Below are positions 49,309 through 59,126 of a stretch of 64,000 bases of DNA, one piece after another. Both the position numbers and the translations under genes were made by a program. Numbering within the stretch: the first letter of the stretch is position 1; each line of letters opens with the position of its first letter. The stretch is from an uncultured Myxococcales bacterium (GTDB taxonomy: Bacteria > Myxococcota_A > UBA9042). Location: assembly GCA_903955385.1 (NCBI GenBank), contig CAJBNH010000158.1, positions 11,658 through 75,657 of the forward strand. The letters are read 5' to 3'. The notes under the pieces were generated by a model. That model saw nothing but the letters and a program-made list of their open reading frames with translations. It made no database searches and had not been told where the DNA came from.

Positions 49309-50166
49309 ATGCGCCTGCCCTTCGAGATCCGCAACCCTTCACTGCTCGACGAGCTCGTGCCGTACGTGGTGGCGACGCCCTTCAACCTGCCGCAGCTCAA
49401 CCTGAATCCGTTCGGCGTGCCCACGCTTCCAGAGCATGTGATCGACCCGCTGCGCCTCGACAGCGAGACGTTTCTGACGCTGCTGCAGCGCCTGGACGGC
49501 CTGACGTTTGGCCCGGAAGGGATGCCGATGCCGCGCTGGGTGTTCTACGACTGCGCCGAGCTGCCGGGGGCGATCTACGGCCTGGCCCGTCCTGCCCAGA
49601 CGCTGTGGCCGCGCGCCCGCGACCTGTTCCGCGTGCCGGATGACTATCAGGGCCTGGTGCCCGTCTCGATGTACGTCGCGATCCCGATGCCCAAGGCCGG
49701 GATGTGGTTCGGCCACAACCTGTCGTCGCTGGCGCCGGTGTTCGAGCAGGAACAGGTGACGGACCTGGACCTGCGCGGCCTGGGCAGCCTGACCAAGGGC
49801 CTGGCGCTCAAGGCGTTTCAAGTCCAGGAGTTCTGGGGCGCGACGCAGTGGCTGTCCAAGGCGCTGTACATCCACGTCAAGTTCGGTCCCTTGAACCTGT
49901 CGACCGCGTGGACGCCCGCACACTCCGAGTCCGAGACGCTGACCTACGGCTTTCGCGTGACCGACGAGGCCCTGCGCGCGTCGATGGGTGACCCGACGGT
50001 GACGCTTGCGCGGCCGGCGCCCGACTTCTGGCTGGACGGCCACGACCAGAAGGGGATGATCGCGTTGCAGGATCGCATCGAGGCCGGCGAGCGGTTCGTG
50101 ATTCCCGAGTCGCCACGCCCCGTTGCAGAGGGCGGCGTGCGCGTGCCGATCACACGGGTGGCGTGA
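49309..50166 (+). CDS. Uncharacterised protein, paralog B of tandem pair
   Basis: Collinear with paralog A over the full length (LTFGPEGMPMPRWVFYDCAELPGAIYGL ...). Confidence 0.5.
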   Translation: MRLPFEIRNPSLLDELVPYVVATPFNLPQLNLNPFGVPTLPEHVIDPLRLDSETFLTLLQRLDGLTFGPEGMPMPRWVFYDCAELPGAIYGLARPAQTLWPRARDLFRVPDDYQGLVPVSMYVAIPMPKAGMWFGHNLSSLAPVFEQEQVTDLDLRGLGSLTKGLALKAFQVQEFWGATQWLSKALYIHVKFGPLNLSTAWTPAHSESETLTYGFRVTDEALRASMGDPTVTLARPAPDFWLDGHDQKGMIALQDRIEAGERFVIPESPRPVAEGGVRVPITRVA

Positions 50167-50236
50167 CCACCTTGCGTGCATCGGGTGCTGCCCCTATCTT
50201 TGCGGACACCCAAGCGCAGCCCCAAAAGGAGCATCC

Positions 50237-50566
50237 ATGGCAGGCAAGAACCTCGTGACGATCACCGAAGCCAACTTCAAGGCAGAGGTCCTCGAGTCCA
50301 AGATCCCCGTATTCCTCGACTTCTGGGCCGCCTGGTGCGGTCCGTGTCGCGCCATCGCTCCCTTGGTCGAGCAGCTGAGCGACGAGTACGCCGGCCGCGT
50401 CAAGGTGGGCAAGGTCGACGTCGACACGAATCAAAGCCTTGCCGGCAACTACCAGATCAGCTCGATCCCCACGCTGATGGTCTTCAAGGACGGTCGCGTG
50501 GTCGAGCAGATCATGGGCGGTCGTCCCAAGCCCGCGCTGGCCGCCCTGATCGAAAAGCACCTGTAG
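50237..50566 (+). CDS. trxA: Thioredoxin
   Basis: WCGPC active site, 109 aa. RBS AAAGGAG. Confidence 0.9.
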   Translation: MAGKNLVTITEANFKAEVLESKIPVFLDFWAAWCGPCRAIAPLVEQLSDEYAGRVKVGKVDVDTNQSLAGNYQISSIPTLMVFKDGRVVEQIMGGRPKPALAALIEKHL

Positions 50567-50627
50567 ACGCGCCGCCCACGCCGGACGGTCGCCGTTCCCC
50601 TACATCATCCCCCTTGAGGCATCCTCG

Positions 50628-51269
50628 ATGAACCGCAAACTCGGTCTGGCTCTGCTGGGCATTCTGGTCGTCGCGACGCTCGTGTTCCTGGTCTGGGGCT
50701 TCCGGTCCGACAAGAAGGGCGACGACAACGGCGCTGCGGGTGCGGGAAAGGACGGGGCTCCCCAAGCGTCGGAAGCCAGCGGCAAGGCGTCTGTCACGGG
50801 CGCTGAGGAAGGCCTGCGCGGCGACGACCCGACGGCCAGGCCGGACCCCAACCTGCAATTGCCGGGCGCGCTGCCGACCTTGAACGTGCCGGCCGGCGTG
50901 CTGCCCCAGGCGCCGACGACGCCGCACGGCCAGCTGGAGCTTGAAGGCGACGTGCAGGAAGGCGATGCCGAAAAGGCCGTGCGGGCCATCTTCCCGGCCA
51001 TTCGCGACTGCTACGTCGAGCTGCGCAAGCGCGCCCCGCAAGCCCGCGGCCGCATGCTGATGACGTTCTCGGTCAAGCCCGCCGCCGACGCGGGACAGGC
51101 CAGCACCGGTGAATTGTTCTTGAAAGAGACGCAGTTCACCGATCCGACCTACCTGACCTGCGTGCGCACCGCCATCGACAGCACCAAGTTCCAGGTCCAG
51201 GGCAACGTCAACGGCAAGATCACCGTGCCGCTGTTCCTGTCGCCGCAGGATGCTGGCGAGAAGCCGTAG
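50628..51269 (+). CDS. Hypothetical secreted/membrane-anchored protein
   Basis: N-terminal TM (LGLALLGILVVATLVFLVWGF), Gly/Asp-rich linker, conserved-looking C-terminal ~100 aa. Confidence 0.4.
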   Translation: MNRKLGLALLGILVVATLVFLVWGFRSDKKGDDNGAAGAGKDGAPQASEASGKASVTGAEEGLRGDDPTARPDPNLQLPGALPTLNVPAGVLPQAPTTPHGQLELEGDVQEGDAEKAVRAIFPAIRDCYVELRKRAPQARGRMLMTFSVKPAADAGQASTGELFLKETQFTDPTYLTCVRTAIDSTKFQVQGNVNGKITVPLFLSPQDAGEKP

Positions 51270-51387
51270 GGTCGGGGGGCTCGCGTGAGCGGATCGGCGG
51301 GTCGGGCGACCGGCGAATGGGCCGCACGTCGCAGGTGAGGACCATCGCCTCGCGCCAATCGGCAATGACTCGCGCCCACGGCAGACC

Positions 51388-51428
51388 TTGACGCGCCTCC
51401 AACACGTACGTACGTTATGTACGTACGG
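51388..51428 (+). promoter_or_regulatory. Candidate promoter (-35 TTGACG) overlapping an ACGT-repeat palindrome (CACGTACGTACGTTATGTACGTACGG), the likely operator of the TA pair
   Basis: TTGACG at 51388-51393. The self-complementary ACGT repeat at 51403-51428 ends 10 nt before the antitoxin ATG. Confidence 0.35.
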
Positions 51429-51437
51429 AGGTGTGCG

Positions 51438-51662
51438 ATGACCGTTACGGCAACCGAGCTTCGCGGCAACCTGTACCGCATCCTCGATCAGATCCTCGAG
51501 ACCGGCGAACCGGTCGACATCGTGCGCGGCGGCCGGGTGATTCGCTTGGTCCCCGATCAGGTCCGCTTCCGCGCGGCCGACGTCAAGCCTCATCCCGAGT
51601 ATGTCGCGGGCGACCCCGACGACCTCATTCATCACGATTGGTCGGGCGAATGGACCCCGTAG
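51438..51662 (+). CDS. Type II antitoxin, Phd/YefM-like (VapB-type)
   Basis: 74 aa, ATELRGNLYRILDQILETGEPVDIVRGGRVIRLVP matches the Phd/YefM pattern. RBS GGAGGTG. Confidence 0.6.
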   Translation: MTVTATELRGNLYRILDQILETGEPVDIVRGGRVIRLVPDQVRFRAADVKPHPEYVAGDPDDLIHHDWSGEWTP

Positions 51663-52033
51663 TCCACCTCGACACGCACGTTGTGGCGTGGCTGTATCAG
51701 GGCGACCTCGAGCGCCTGCGCCCGGTGCTCCACCACATGGAAGGACGCCGTCTGGTGGTCGCGCCGATGGTGGTACTCGAGCTGCAGTACCTCTACGAGA
51801 TCAACAGGTTGCAGATTCCGGCGGCGGAGGTTGTCGAGTTTCTGGCGAATAGACACGGCCTGCGCACGTCGGTGCACCCCTTTGCCGACGTGGTCCGCGT
51901 GGCGACCGGCTTGACGTGGACGCGCGATCCGTTTGACCGCCTCATCGCCGCACAGGCTCTGGTGGAAGGGGCCCCCTTGTTGACCGCAGACCGCACCCTG
52001 CTTGCGAACTGTGCCGTTGCGCGGTGGACGTAG
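51650..52033 (+). CDS. PIN-domain toxin (VapC-type ribonuclease)
   Basis: VVHLDTHVVAWL with the first acidic residue, central E, and DPFDRLIAAQAL with the distal Asp. Overlaps the antitoxin 3' end by 13 nt. Confidence 0.65.
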   Translation: MDPVVHLDTHVVAWLYQGDLERLRPVLHHMEGRRLVVAPMVVLELQYLYEINRLQIPAAEVVEFLANRHGLRTSVHPFADVVRVATGLTWTRDPFDRLIAAQALVEGAPLLTADRTLLANCAVARWT

Positions 52034-52127
52034 AAGCGGCACACGACCCGGTTCAACTCGGGCGCGTTCCAGCGTATGCTCCGGCCCCCGCAGCACCCCA
52101 CGCGCTGCAGTCGACCCGGAGTGCGCC

Positions 52128-53285
<1,158 letters not shown>

Positions 53286-53303
53286 CGCAAGGACGGGTGA
53301 ATC

Positions 53304-54455
53304 ATGGACTTTTCGCTCAGTCCCCAAGAAGCGCGCATCGAAGCCGACGCCCGCGCATTTGCCCGCGAGGTGCTGGCGCCCCGTATCGCCGAGACCGATC
53401 TGGGGGCGTTTCCGTTCGAGAGCCTGCGCGAGGCCGGGCGCCGTGGCCTGCTGGGCGTGAAGATCCCCCAGCAGTACGGCGGGTTGGGCGCCTCGATGGT
53501 GGCGCACTGCTCGGTCATTCGCGAGCTGTCGTCGGTCTGCCCCTCGACCACCGTGGCCCTGGCCGTGTCGAACATGGTGGCGGACATGGTGCTGGCGTTC
53601 GGCTCGGAGGCACAGAAAGCCAGCTATCTCAAGCCGTTGTGCAGTGGTGATCTGGTCGTGGGCGCGTTTGCCCTGTCCGAAGCCGGCGCGGGGTCGGACG
53701 CGGCCTCGCTGCGCACCCGGGCCGTCAAGGCGAACCGAGGCGGCGTCGACGGTTACGTGCTGGACGGCAGCAAGATGTGGATCACCAGCGGCGATGTGGC
53801 CGGTCTGGTGCTGGTGATGGCCAAGACCGACCCGTCGGTGGGCGCGCGCGGCATCACGGCGTTTCTGGTCGACAAGGGCACGCCGGGCTTCGAGGTTGGG
53901 CGGCACGAAGAGAAGCTGGGCCTGCGCGGGTCGTCGACCGTGTCGCTATCGTTCACCGACCTGTTCGTGCCCGAGTCGCAGCGGTTGGGGCCCGAGGGGG
54001 CCGGCTTCTCGGTGGCGATGACGGCGCTGGACGGCGGTCGCTGCGGCATCGGCGCGCAGGCGCTGGGCATGGGCCGCTCGGCGCTGGAAGCCTGCGCAAA
54101 GCACGTCGAGCGGCGCAAGGCGGCCGACCGGGCGCAGGGCACCGAACAGCTGACCCAGTTCCGCATCGCCGACATGGCGGTCAAGCTCGAGGCGGCCTGG
54201 TGGATGGTCCTGCGCGCCGCCAGCCTGAAGGACGCGGGCAAGAAGATGTCGCGCGAGGCGGCCATGGCCAAGGTCATGGGCAGCGAGGCCGCGAACGATG
54301 TGTGCCGCATGGCGATGGAGCTGGCAGGGGCTGCCGGCCTGGACCGCACCTCGCCGATTGCCCGGGCTTTCCGCGACGTGCGCGTGAGCCGGATTTACGA
54401 GGGGACGAGCGAGGTGCAGCGGTTGGTGATCGCCCGCAGCCTCGTGCAGCCGTGA
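53304..54455 (+). CDS. Acyl-CoA dehydrogenase
   Basis: ACAD layout. C-terminal [15 protein letters not shown]. Confidence 0.8.
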   Translation: MDFSLSPQEARIEADARAFAREVLAPRIAETDLGAFPFESLREAGRRGLLGVKIPQQYGGLGASMVAHCSVIRELSSVCPSTTVALAVSNMVADMVLAFGSEAQKASYLKPLCSGDLVVGAFALSEAGAGSDAASLRTRAVKANRGGVDGYVLDGSKMWITSGDVAGLVLVMAKTDPSVGARGITAFLVDKGTPGFEVGRHEEKLGLRGSSTVSLSFTDLFVPESQRLGPEGAGFSVAMTALDGGRCGIGAQALGMGRSALEACAKHVERRKAADRAQGTEQLTQFRIADMAVKLEAAWWMVLRAASLKDAGKKMSREAAMAKVMGSEAANDVCRMAMELAGAAGLDRTSPIARAFRDVRVSRIYEGTSEVQRLVIARSLVQP

Positions 54456-54468
54456 CGTGAGGGGAACC

Positions 54469-54924
54469 ATGACGATGCAGGACAACGCAGAGAAGACCGC
54501 CCGTCGAGGTCGCGTGCTGGTGGGCAAGGTCGGGCTGGACGGCCACGACCGCGGCGCCAAGGTCGTCGCGCGCGCGCTGCGGGACGCCGGATTCGAGGTC
54601 ATCTACACGGGGCTGCATCAGACGCCCGAGATGCTGGTGTCGGCGGCAGTGCAGGAAGACGTCGACATCATTGGGATCTCGATCCTTTCCGGCGCCCACA
54701 ACACGCTGGTGCCGCGGGTGCTGCAGCTGCTGAGCGATCGCAACGCCTCGGACATCTCGGTGTTCGTGGGCGGCATCATCCCCGAGGCCGACATCGGTCC
54801 GCTGATGCAGAAGGGCGTGGCGGCGGTGTTCACGCCCGGTGCGACGCTGCAGTCGATCTCGGCGCAGGTGCGCGAGGTGCTGGAGAAGAAGGGCGTGACG
54901 CTTCTGGGCGCCACCGCCGGCTGA
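54469..54924 (+). CDS. Stand-alone cobalamin-binding domain protein (methylmalonyl/isobutyryl-CoA mutase small-subunit-like)
   Basis: [16 protein letters not shown] carries the DxHxxG B12-binding motif. About 150 aa Rossmann-like. The start is 14 nt after the ACAD stop. Confidence 0.75.
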   Translation: MTMQDNAEKTARRGRVLVGKVGLDGHDRGAKVVARALRDAGFEVIYTGLHQTPEMLVSAAVQEDVDIIGISILSGAHNTLVPRVLQLLSDRNASDISVFVGGIIPEADIGPLMQKGVAAVFTPGATLQSISAQVREVLEKKGVTLLGATAG

Positions 54925-54955
54925 CCCGACCGCGACCCGTGCCTGCGAGGAACCC

Positions 54956-56074
54956 ATGGATTTCGTTGCCGATGAAGCCCAACAGATGATCCGCGAGGCC
55001 GTTCGCGACTTCGCCGAGGGCGCGGTCCGTGCCTCAGCCGGCAAGTGGGACAGTCAGGCCGACCTGCCTGCCAGCGCCATGAAAGAGCTGGGCAATCTCG
55101 GTCTGTTCGGCATGGCGGCGCCAGAGCGTTTGGGTGGCATCGAGCTGGACGCGCAGTCCGTCACGGCGGCTTTGGAAGAGCTGGGCGCGGCTGAGGCCGG
55201 GCTTGCCCAACTGGTTGTCCAGCATGGGCTTTGTCTCGATCACGTGGTGCGGGCCGGCGGGCAGGATGCGGCAGCCAAGCGGCTGGCGTCGGGCAAGCAG
55301 CTGGGCTGTCACGCACACGGTGAGGACGCGGACGACCTGGACTCGGCCGAGGTGAAGACGCAGGCGACCCGCGACGGCGACGGCTGGCGGCTGACGGGAG
55401 AAAAGCCAGCGGTGATAGGGGCTTCACGAGCGTCGCTGGCGGTCGTGACGGCACAGGTCGCGGGCGAGGCCGGGCTGACGGCGTTTCTGGTGCCGCTGGA
55501 CCTGGCGGGTATCTCGCGCAAGCCAGTGGCCGACATGATGGGGCTGCGGACGGCGGGCGCCGCGACGATCCTTTTGCAGGACGCGCAGTTGGACGATGCC
55601 GCGCGGTTGGGTCCGGTCGGTGGTGCGGCGGTGGCGCTGGAGCCGGCGCTGGACACGGCGCGGCTGGGTACGGCGGCGGTGGCCTTGGGCGTGGCCCGTT
55701 CCGCGCTGCGAGAGGCCGGACGCTACAGCCAGGAGCGTCACCAATTCAACAAGCCGATCAGCGCGTTTCAGCCGATCCAGTGGATGATCGCCGATGCCGC
55801 GGTCGAGCTCGAGACGGCGCGGCTGCTGGTGGGACGCGCCGCCTGGCAGGTGTCGCAAGGCAAGCCGTCCGGCGCCGCCATCGCGATGGCCAAGACGCGC
55901 GCCTGCGACGTGGCGATGCGTATCGCCGACCGGGCGATTCAGGTGCTCGGCGGCTATGGCTTCACGACGGACTTTCCGGTCGAGCGGGCTTACCGCGACG
56001 CGGCCGTGCTGAAGCTGCTGCAAGGCTCGGGCGCTTGGCACCGGGTACGGATTGCCCGAAGTCTGGCCCGCTAA
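54956..56074 (+). CDS. Divergent acyl-CoA dehydrogenase-family protein (catalytic Glu motif not conserved)
   Basis: ACAD-like N-terminal and middle regions, but the C-terminus reads LQGSGAWHRVRIARSL in place of YEGTSEIQRLVIAR. Confidence 0.55.
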   Translation: MDFVADEAQQMIREAVRDFAEGAVRASAGKWDSQADLPASAMKELGNLGLFGMAAPERLGGIELDAQSVTAALEELGAAEAGLAQLVVQHGLCLDHVVRAGGQDAAAKRLASGKQLGCHAHGEDADDLDSAEVKTQATRDGDGWRLTGEKPAVIGASRASLAVVTAQVAGEAGLTAFLVPLDLAGISRKPVADMMGLRTAGAATILLQDAQLDDAARLGPVGGAAVALEPALDTARLGTAAVALGVARSALREAGRYSQERHQFNKPISAFQPIQWMIADAAVELETARLLVGRAAWQVSQGKPSGAAIAMAKTRACDVAMRIADRAIQVLGGYGFTTDFPVERAYRDAAVLKLLQGSGAWHRVRIARSLAR

Positions 56075-56246
56075 GCCTTCGACTCGACGCAACTTCCCAA
56101 CTCCTCTGGTCTTTTTCCGGCACGATGCTGGCCCGCGGGCCGTTTTGCCGTGTCGGCGGTTGCGACGCCGGACTGGTAACACGTTCATTCCGAAGGCAAG
56201 TGGGCCATGCGGCTTGACAGGCAGGGGCGGGAAGGCCGACGATCAA

Positions 56247-56270
56247 CTACCTTGTCGATGCATAAGGTAG
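56247..56270. promoter_or_regulatory. Perfect 7-bp inverted repeat CTACCTT-N10-AAGGTAG immediately upstream of the RBS of the SHMT-aldolase gene
   Basis: Read directly. The loop contains the ATGCAT palindrome. The GGAG RBS follows at 56277. Confidence 0.35.
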
Positions 56271-56289
56271 ACAACTGGAGCCCCACGCG

Positions 56290-58164
56290 ATGACCCTGAC
56301 CCTGCACGAGATCGATGCCCTGATTCGCGAAGAAGAGGCGGAAGACCGCGACTTCGTTCACTTGACGTCGAATGAGACCCTGATGTCGCCGCTGGCCAGC
56401 CAGGTGCTGTCGTCGCCGCTGGGCAACCGCTATCTGCTGGAACACATCGACATGCGGCAGGACTCGCCCTCGCGGCTGAACGGCTTTCTGTTCAGGGGCT
56501 TGGACCGCGTCAACGCCATCGAGCGGTCGGCCATCGAGGTGTGTCGCCAGATGTTCGCCGCCGAGCAGGTCGAGCTGCGCTGCATCTCGGGTCTGCACGC
56601 CATGCAGACGACGATGGTGTCGCTGACCGAGCCGGGCGACGTGGTCATGCGCTTTGGTGTGGCGGACGGCGGGCACTTCGCGACCGAGAACATCATCAAG
56701 CTCTACGGGCGCAAGAGCAGCACGTACGGGTTCGACCGCGAGCGGCTGACCATCGACCTGGACGCCACGGAGCAGATCTTCAAGCGCGACCGGCCCAAGC
56801 TGCTGTACCTCGATGCGATGAACTACCTGTTTCCGTTCCCGATTCGCCAGCTGCGCGAGATCGTCGGCGACACGCCCATCCTGTACGACGCGAGCCACAC
56901 GCTGGGCCTGATCGCGGGCGGCCAGTTCCAGAACCCGCTGCTGGAGGGCGCCGACATCCTGCAGGCCAACACGCACAAGACGTTTTTCGGCCCGCAGAAA
57001 GGCATCATCCTGGCCCGCAACCGGGAGCTGCTCGAGCGGGTCAGCTACAGCCTGTCGCAGGGTCTGGTGTCGAGCCAGCACACCGCGTCGCTGCTGTCGC
57101 TGTGCATCGCCCTGCACGAGATGCAGCAGGTGGGGCCTGCCTTTGCCCGTCAGGTGATCGCCAACGCCCGCTATCTGGCTGCGCGCATGGCGGACGCCGG
57201 GCTGCCGGTGCTGGCGCGCTCGGACGGCGAGCACACGGCCAACCACCACTTCTTCCTCGACATGACCGGGCGAACCTCTGCCAGCCACGCGATGGAGCGG
57301 TTGCTGCGGGCCCATCTGTCGGTGCAGCGCGGTGTGCCGTTTCGCAATGTCGATGGGCTGCGCGTAGGCGTCCAAGAGATCACGCGGCGCGGCTACACCT
57401 ACGGGGATCTGGACCGCATCGCCGAGTGGTTCGCCGCCATCGTGCTGGGCGGGACGCCGCCTGAGGAAATTGCCCCGCTGGTGATTGCGCTTGCGCGCAG
57501 CCGACGCGACATCCTGTTCACCGGCGACGCGCCCAGTGTGACCGCAGCGGCGGTCGCGTCGCCGGTCGCCACCGTCGGGCCAAGAGACGCCGTTGCCGAT
57601 GCCGGTGACCGCTGGGTCGACTTCGAGCGTCAGCCCGAGCCGTTCCAGATCGAGGACCAGACGGTGTTGCAGATCAGGGAGTTGGGAGCCCTGGCGGGTG
57701 CGTTCCCCAACCAGACCGACGCCACCGGCAACCTGAGTGCGCGCGACGGCGACGACGTGCTGGTCACGACCAGCGGCTGCTACATCAAGCACCTGGAAGC
57801 CCACCACTTTGTTCGGCTGCTGAACTATCGCGACGGCGTGCTGCAGTACGCGGGCACCGGCGTGCCGTCGTCCGAGTCGCTGATGCACTTCCTGATCTAC
57901 CAGACGACCGCTGCGGGTGCGGTGGCGCACACCCACTACCTGCTGTCGAATCAGGAGGCAGAGGCGCTGGGAGTGGCGATTGTGCCGCCGCAGGAGTATG
58001 CGTCGGTCGAGCTGGCGCGCCGGGTGGCCGAGGCTTGCCGGACGCACGCGATTGTCTACGTCCAAAAGCACGGTCTGATCTTCCACGCGCCGGACATCGA
58101 TGCCTGTCGCCTAGCCGTTGCCAAATTTATCCAGCAGAGTCAGGAACTTCGCCATGCCGACTGA
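56290..58164 (+). CDS. Two-domain PLP enzyme: SHMT-like (fold type I) N-terminus fused to a class II aldolase/adducin C-terminus, the 4-fluorothreonine/L-threonine transaldolase architecture
   Basis: N-terminus has LTSNETLMSP and the PLP-Lys context QANTHKTFFGPQKGI of serine hydroxymethyltransferase. Residues ~450-624 carry class II aldolase signatures (GNLSARDGDDVLVTTSG, SSESLMHFLIY, HTHYLLS). Confidence 0.7.
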   Translation: MTLTLHEIDALIREEEAEDRDFVHLTSNETLMSPLASQVLSSPLGNRYLLEHIDMRQDSPSRLNGFLFRGLDRVNAIERSAIEVCRQMFAAEQVELRCISGLHAMQTTMVSLTEPGDVVMRFGVADGGHFATENIIKLYGRKSSTYGFDRERLTIDLDATEQIFKRDRPKLLYLDAMNYLFPFPIRQLREIVGDTPILYDASHTLGLIAGGQFQNPLLEGADILQANTHKTFFGPQKGIILARNRELLERVSYSLSQGLVSSQHTASLLSLCIALHEMQQVGPAFARQVIANARYLAARMADAGLPVLARSDGEHTANHHFFLDMTGRTSASHAMERLLRAHLSVQRGVPFRNVDGLRVGVQEITRRGYTYGDLDRIAEWFAAIVLGGTPPEEIAPLVIALARSRRDILFTGDAPSVTAAAVASPVATVGPRDAVADAGDRWVDFERQPEPFQIEDQTVLQIRELGALAGAFPNQTDATGNLSARDGDDVLVTTSGCYIKHLEAHHFVRLLNYRDGVLQYAGTGVPSSESLMHFLIYQTTAAGAVAHTHYLLSNQEAEALGVAIVPPQEYASVELARRVAEACRTHAIVYVQKHGLIFHAPDIDACRLAVAKFIQQSQELRHAD

Positions 58165-59083
58165 GCCGCGTTCGCTGCACGTTCGCACGCCCCTGTGGCG
58201 CTCGCTGCCGATCTCGCGGGCGGCGGGCTGTCCGGTGTCGTTGAAGATGGAGGCGTTGCAGCCCGACGGGTCGTTCAAGATCCGCGGCATCGGCCGGCTG
58301 TGCGCGCAGGTTGTCGCCAACGGCACGCGGCATCTGGTGTCGGCCTCGGGGGGCAACGCCGGGATTTCGACCGCCAGCGCTGCGCGGGAACTCGGCGTGC
58401 GCGCGACGATCTTCGTGTTCGACGGGGTGCCGCCGACCGCGCTGGAGCGCATTCGCGATCAGGGGGCTGAGGTCGTGCAGGCCGGTGCCACCTGGGCCGA
58501 CGCCAACCGCGCGGCGATTCGAGCTGCGGAAGCGCCGGACTCCTTCTACGTCCATCCCTTTGATCACCCTGAGATTTGGACCGGTCACTCCACACTGGTC
58601 GACGAGATCGTCGCCGACGGCCTGCGCCCGTCGCACATGGTGCTTGCAGTGGGCGGCGGCGGTCTGCTGGCCGGTGTGCTGCAGGGGCTGGATCGTCACG
58701 GGCTGCAGGACGCGCAGATCATCGCCGTCGAGACCGAGGGGACGGCCTCGCTGCACGCGGCGCTGCAGGCGGGTCAGCTGGTGCGACTGGCCAAGATCTC
58801 GTCGGTGGCCAAGACGTTGGGCGCGGACCAGGTGGCGGCCGGGGCTTTCGAGCGGGCCCTTGCCCATCGGGTCGAGTCGATCGTCGTGACGGACGACCAG
58901 GCGCTCTCTGCCGTGCATCGATTCGCCTTGGACCATCGCGTGTTGGTGGAACCGGCGGCGGGTGCGGCGCTGGCGGTGGCCTACGAGTCGCTGGGGTCGA
59001 TCGGTCAGGCGCAGCACGCAGTCATCGTCGTGTGTGGTGGCGCGGGCATCGCGTTGGCTGAGCATCCCTTCACCTATCGGTAG
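58154..59083 (+). CDS. PLP-dependent dehydratase of the threonine/serine dehydratase family (fold type II)
   Basis: PLP-Lys motif GSFKIRG and glycine-rich loop SASGGNAG, ~310 aa (catabolic threonine dehydratase size). The start overlaps the upstream gene's 3' end by 11 nt. Confidence 0.7.
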   Translation: MPTEPRSLHVRTPLWRSLPISRAAGCPVSLKMEALQPDGSFKIRGIGRLCAQVVANGTRHLVSASGGNAGISTASAARELGVRATIFVFDGVPPTALERIRDQGAEVVQAGATWADANRAAIRAAEAPDSFYVHPFDHPEIWTGHSTLVDEIVADGLRPSHMVLAVGGGGLLAGVLQGLDRHGLQDAQIIAVETEGTASLHAALQAGQLVRLAKISSVAKTLGADQVAAGAFERALAHRVESIVVTDDQALSAVHRFALDHRVLVEPAAGAALAVAYESLGSIGQAQHAVIVVCGGAGIALAEHPFTYR

Positions 59084-59126
59084 GCGCAGGCACACGGCGT
59101 CGCGAACGCCGTCCGAGGGAGGCCCC

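Noticed and set aside
54457-54468. GTG 54457 start for the B12-binding protein
   Set aside because: ATG 54469 with the GAGGGGA SD immediately upstream is more plausible. The GTG lies only 1 nt after the ACAD stop, with no SD.
56075-56289. Possible fluoride riboswitch (crcB motif) in the operon leader or directly upstream of crcB (59084-59126)
   Set aside because: Neither region contains the conserved GGCGATGG...AAAC-GCC...CTGATG-CTCC-type blocks. The crcB upstream gap is only 43 nt and holds an SD plus a simple GC hairpin.
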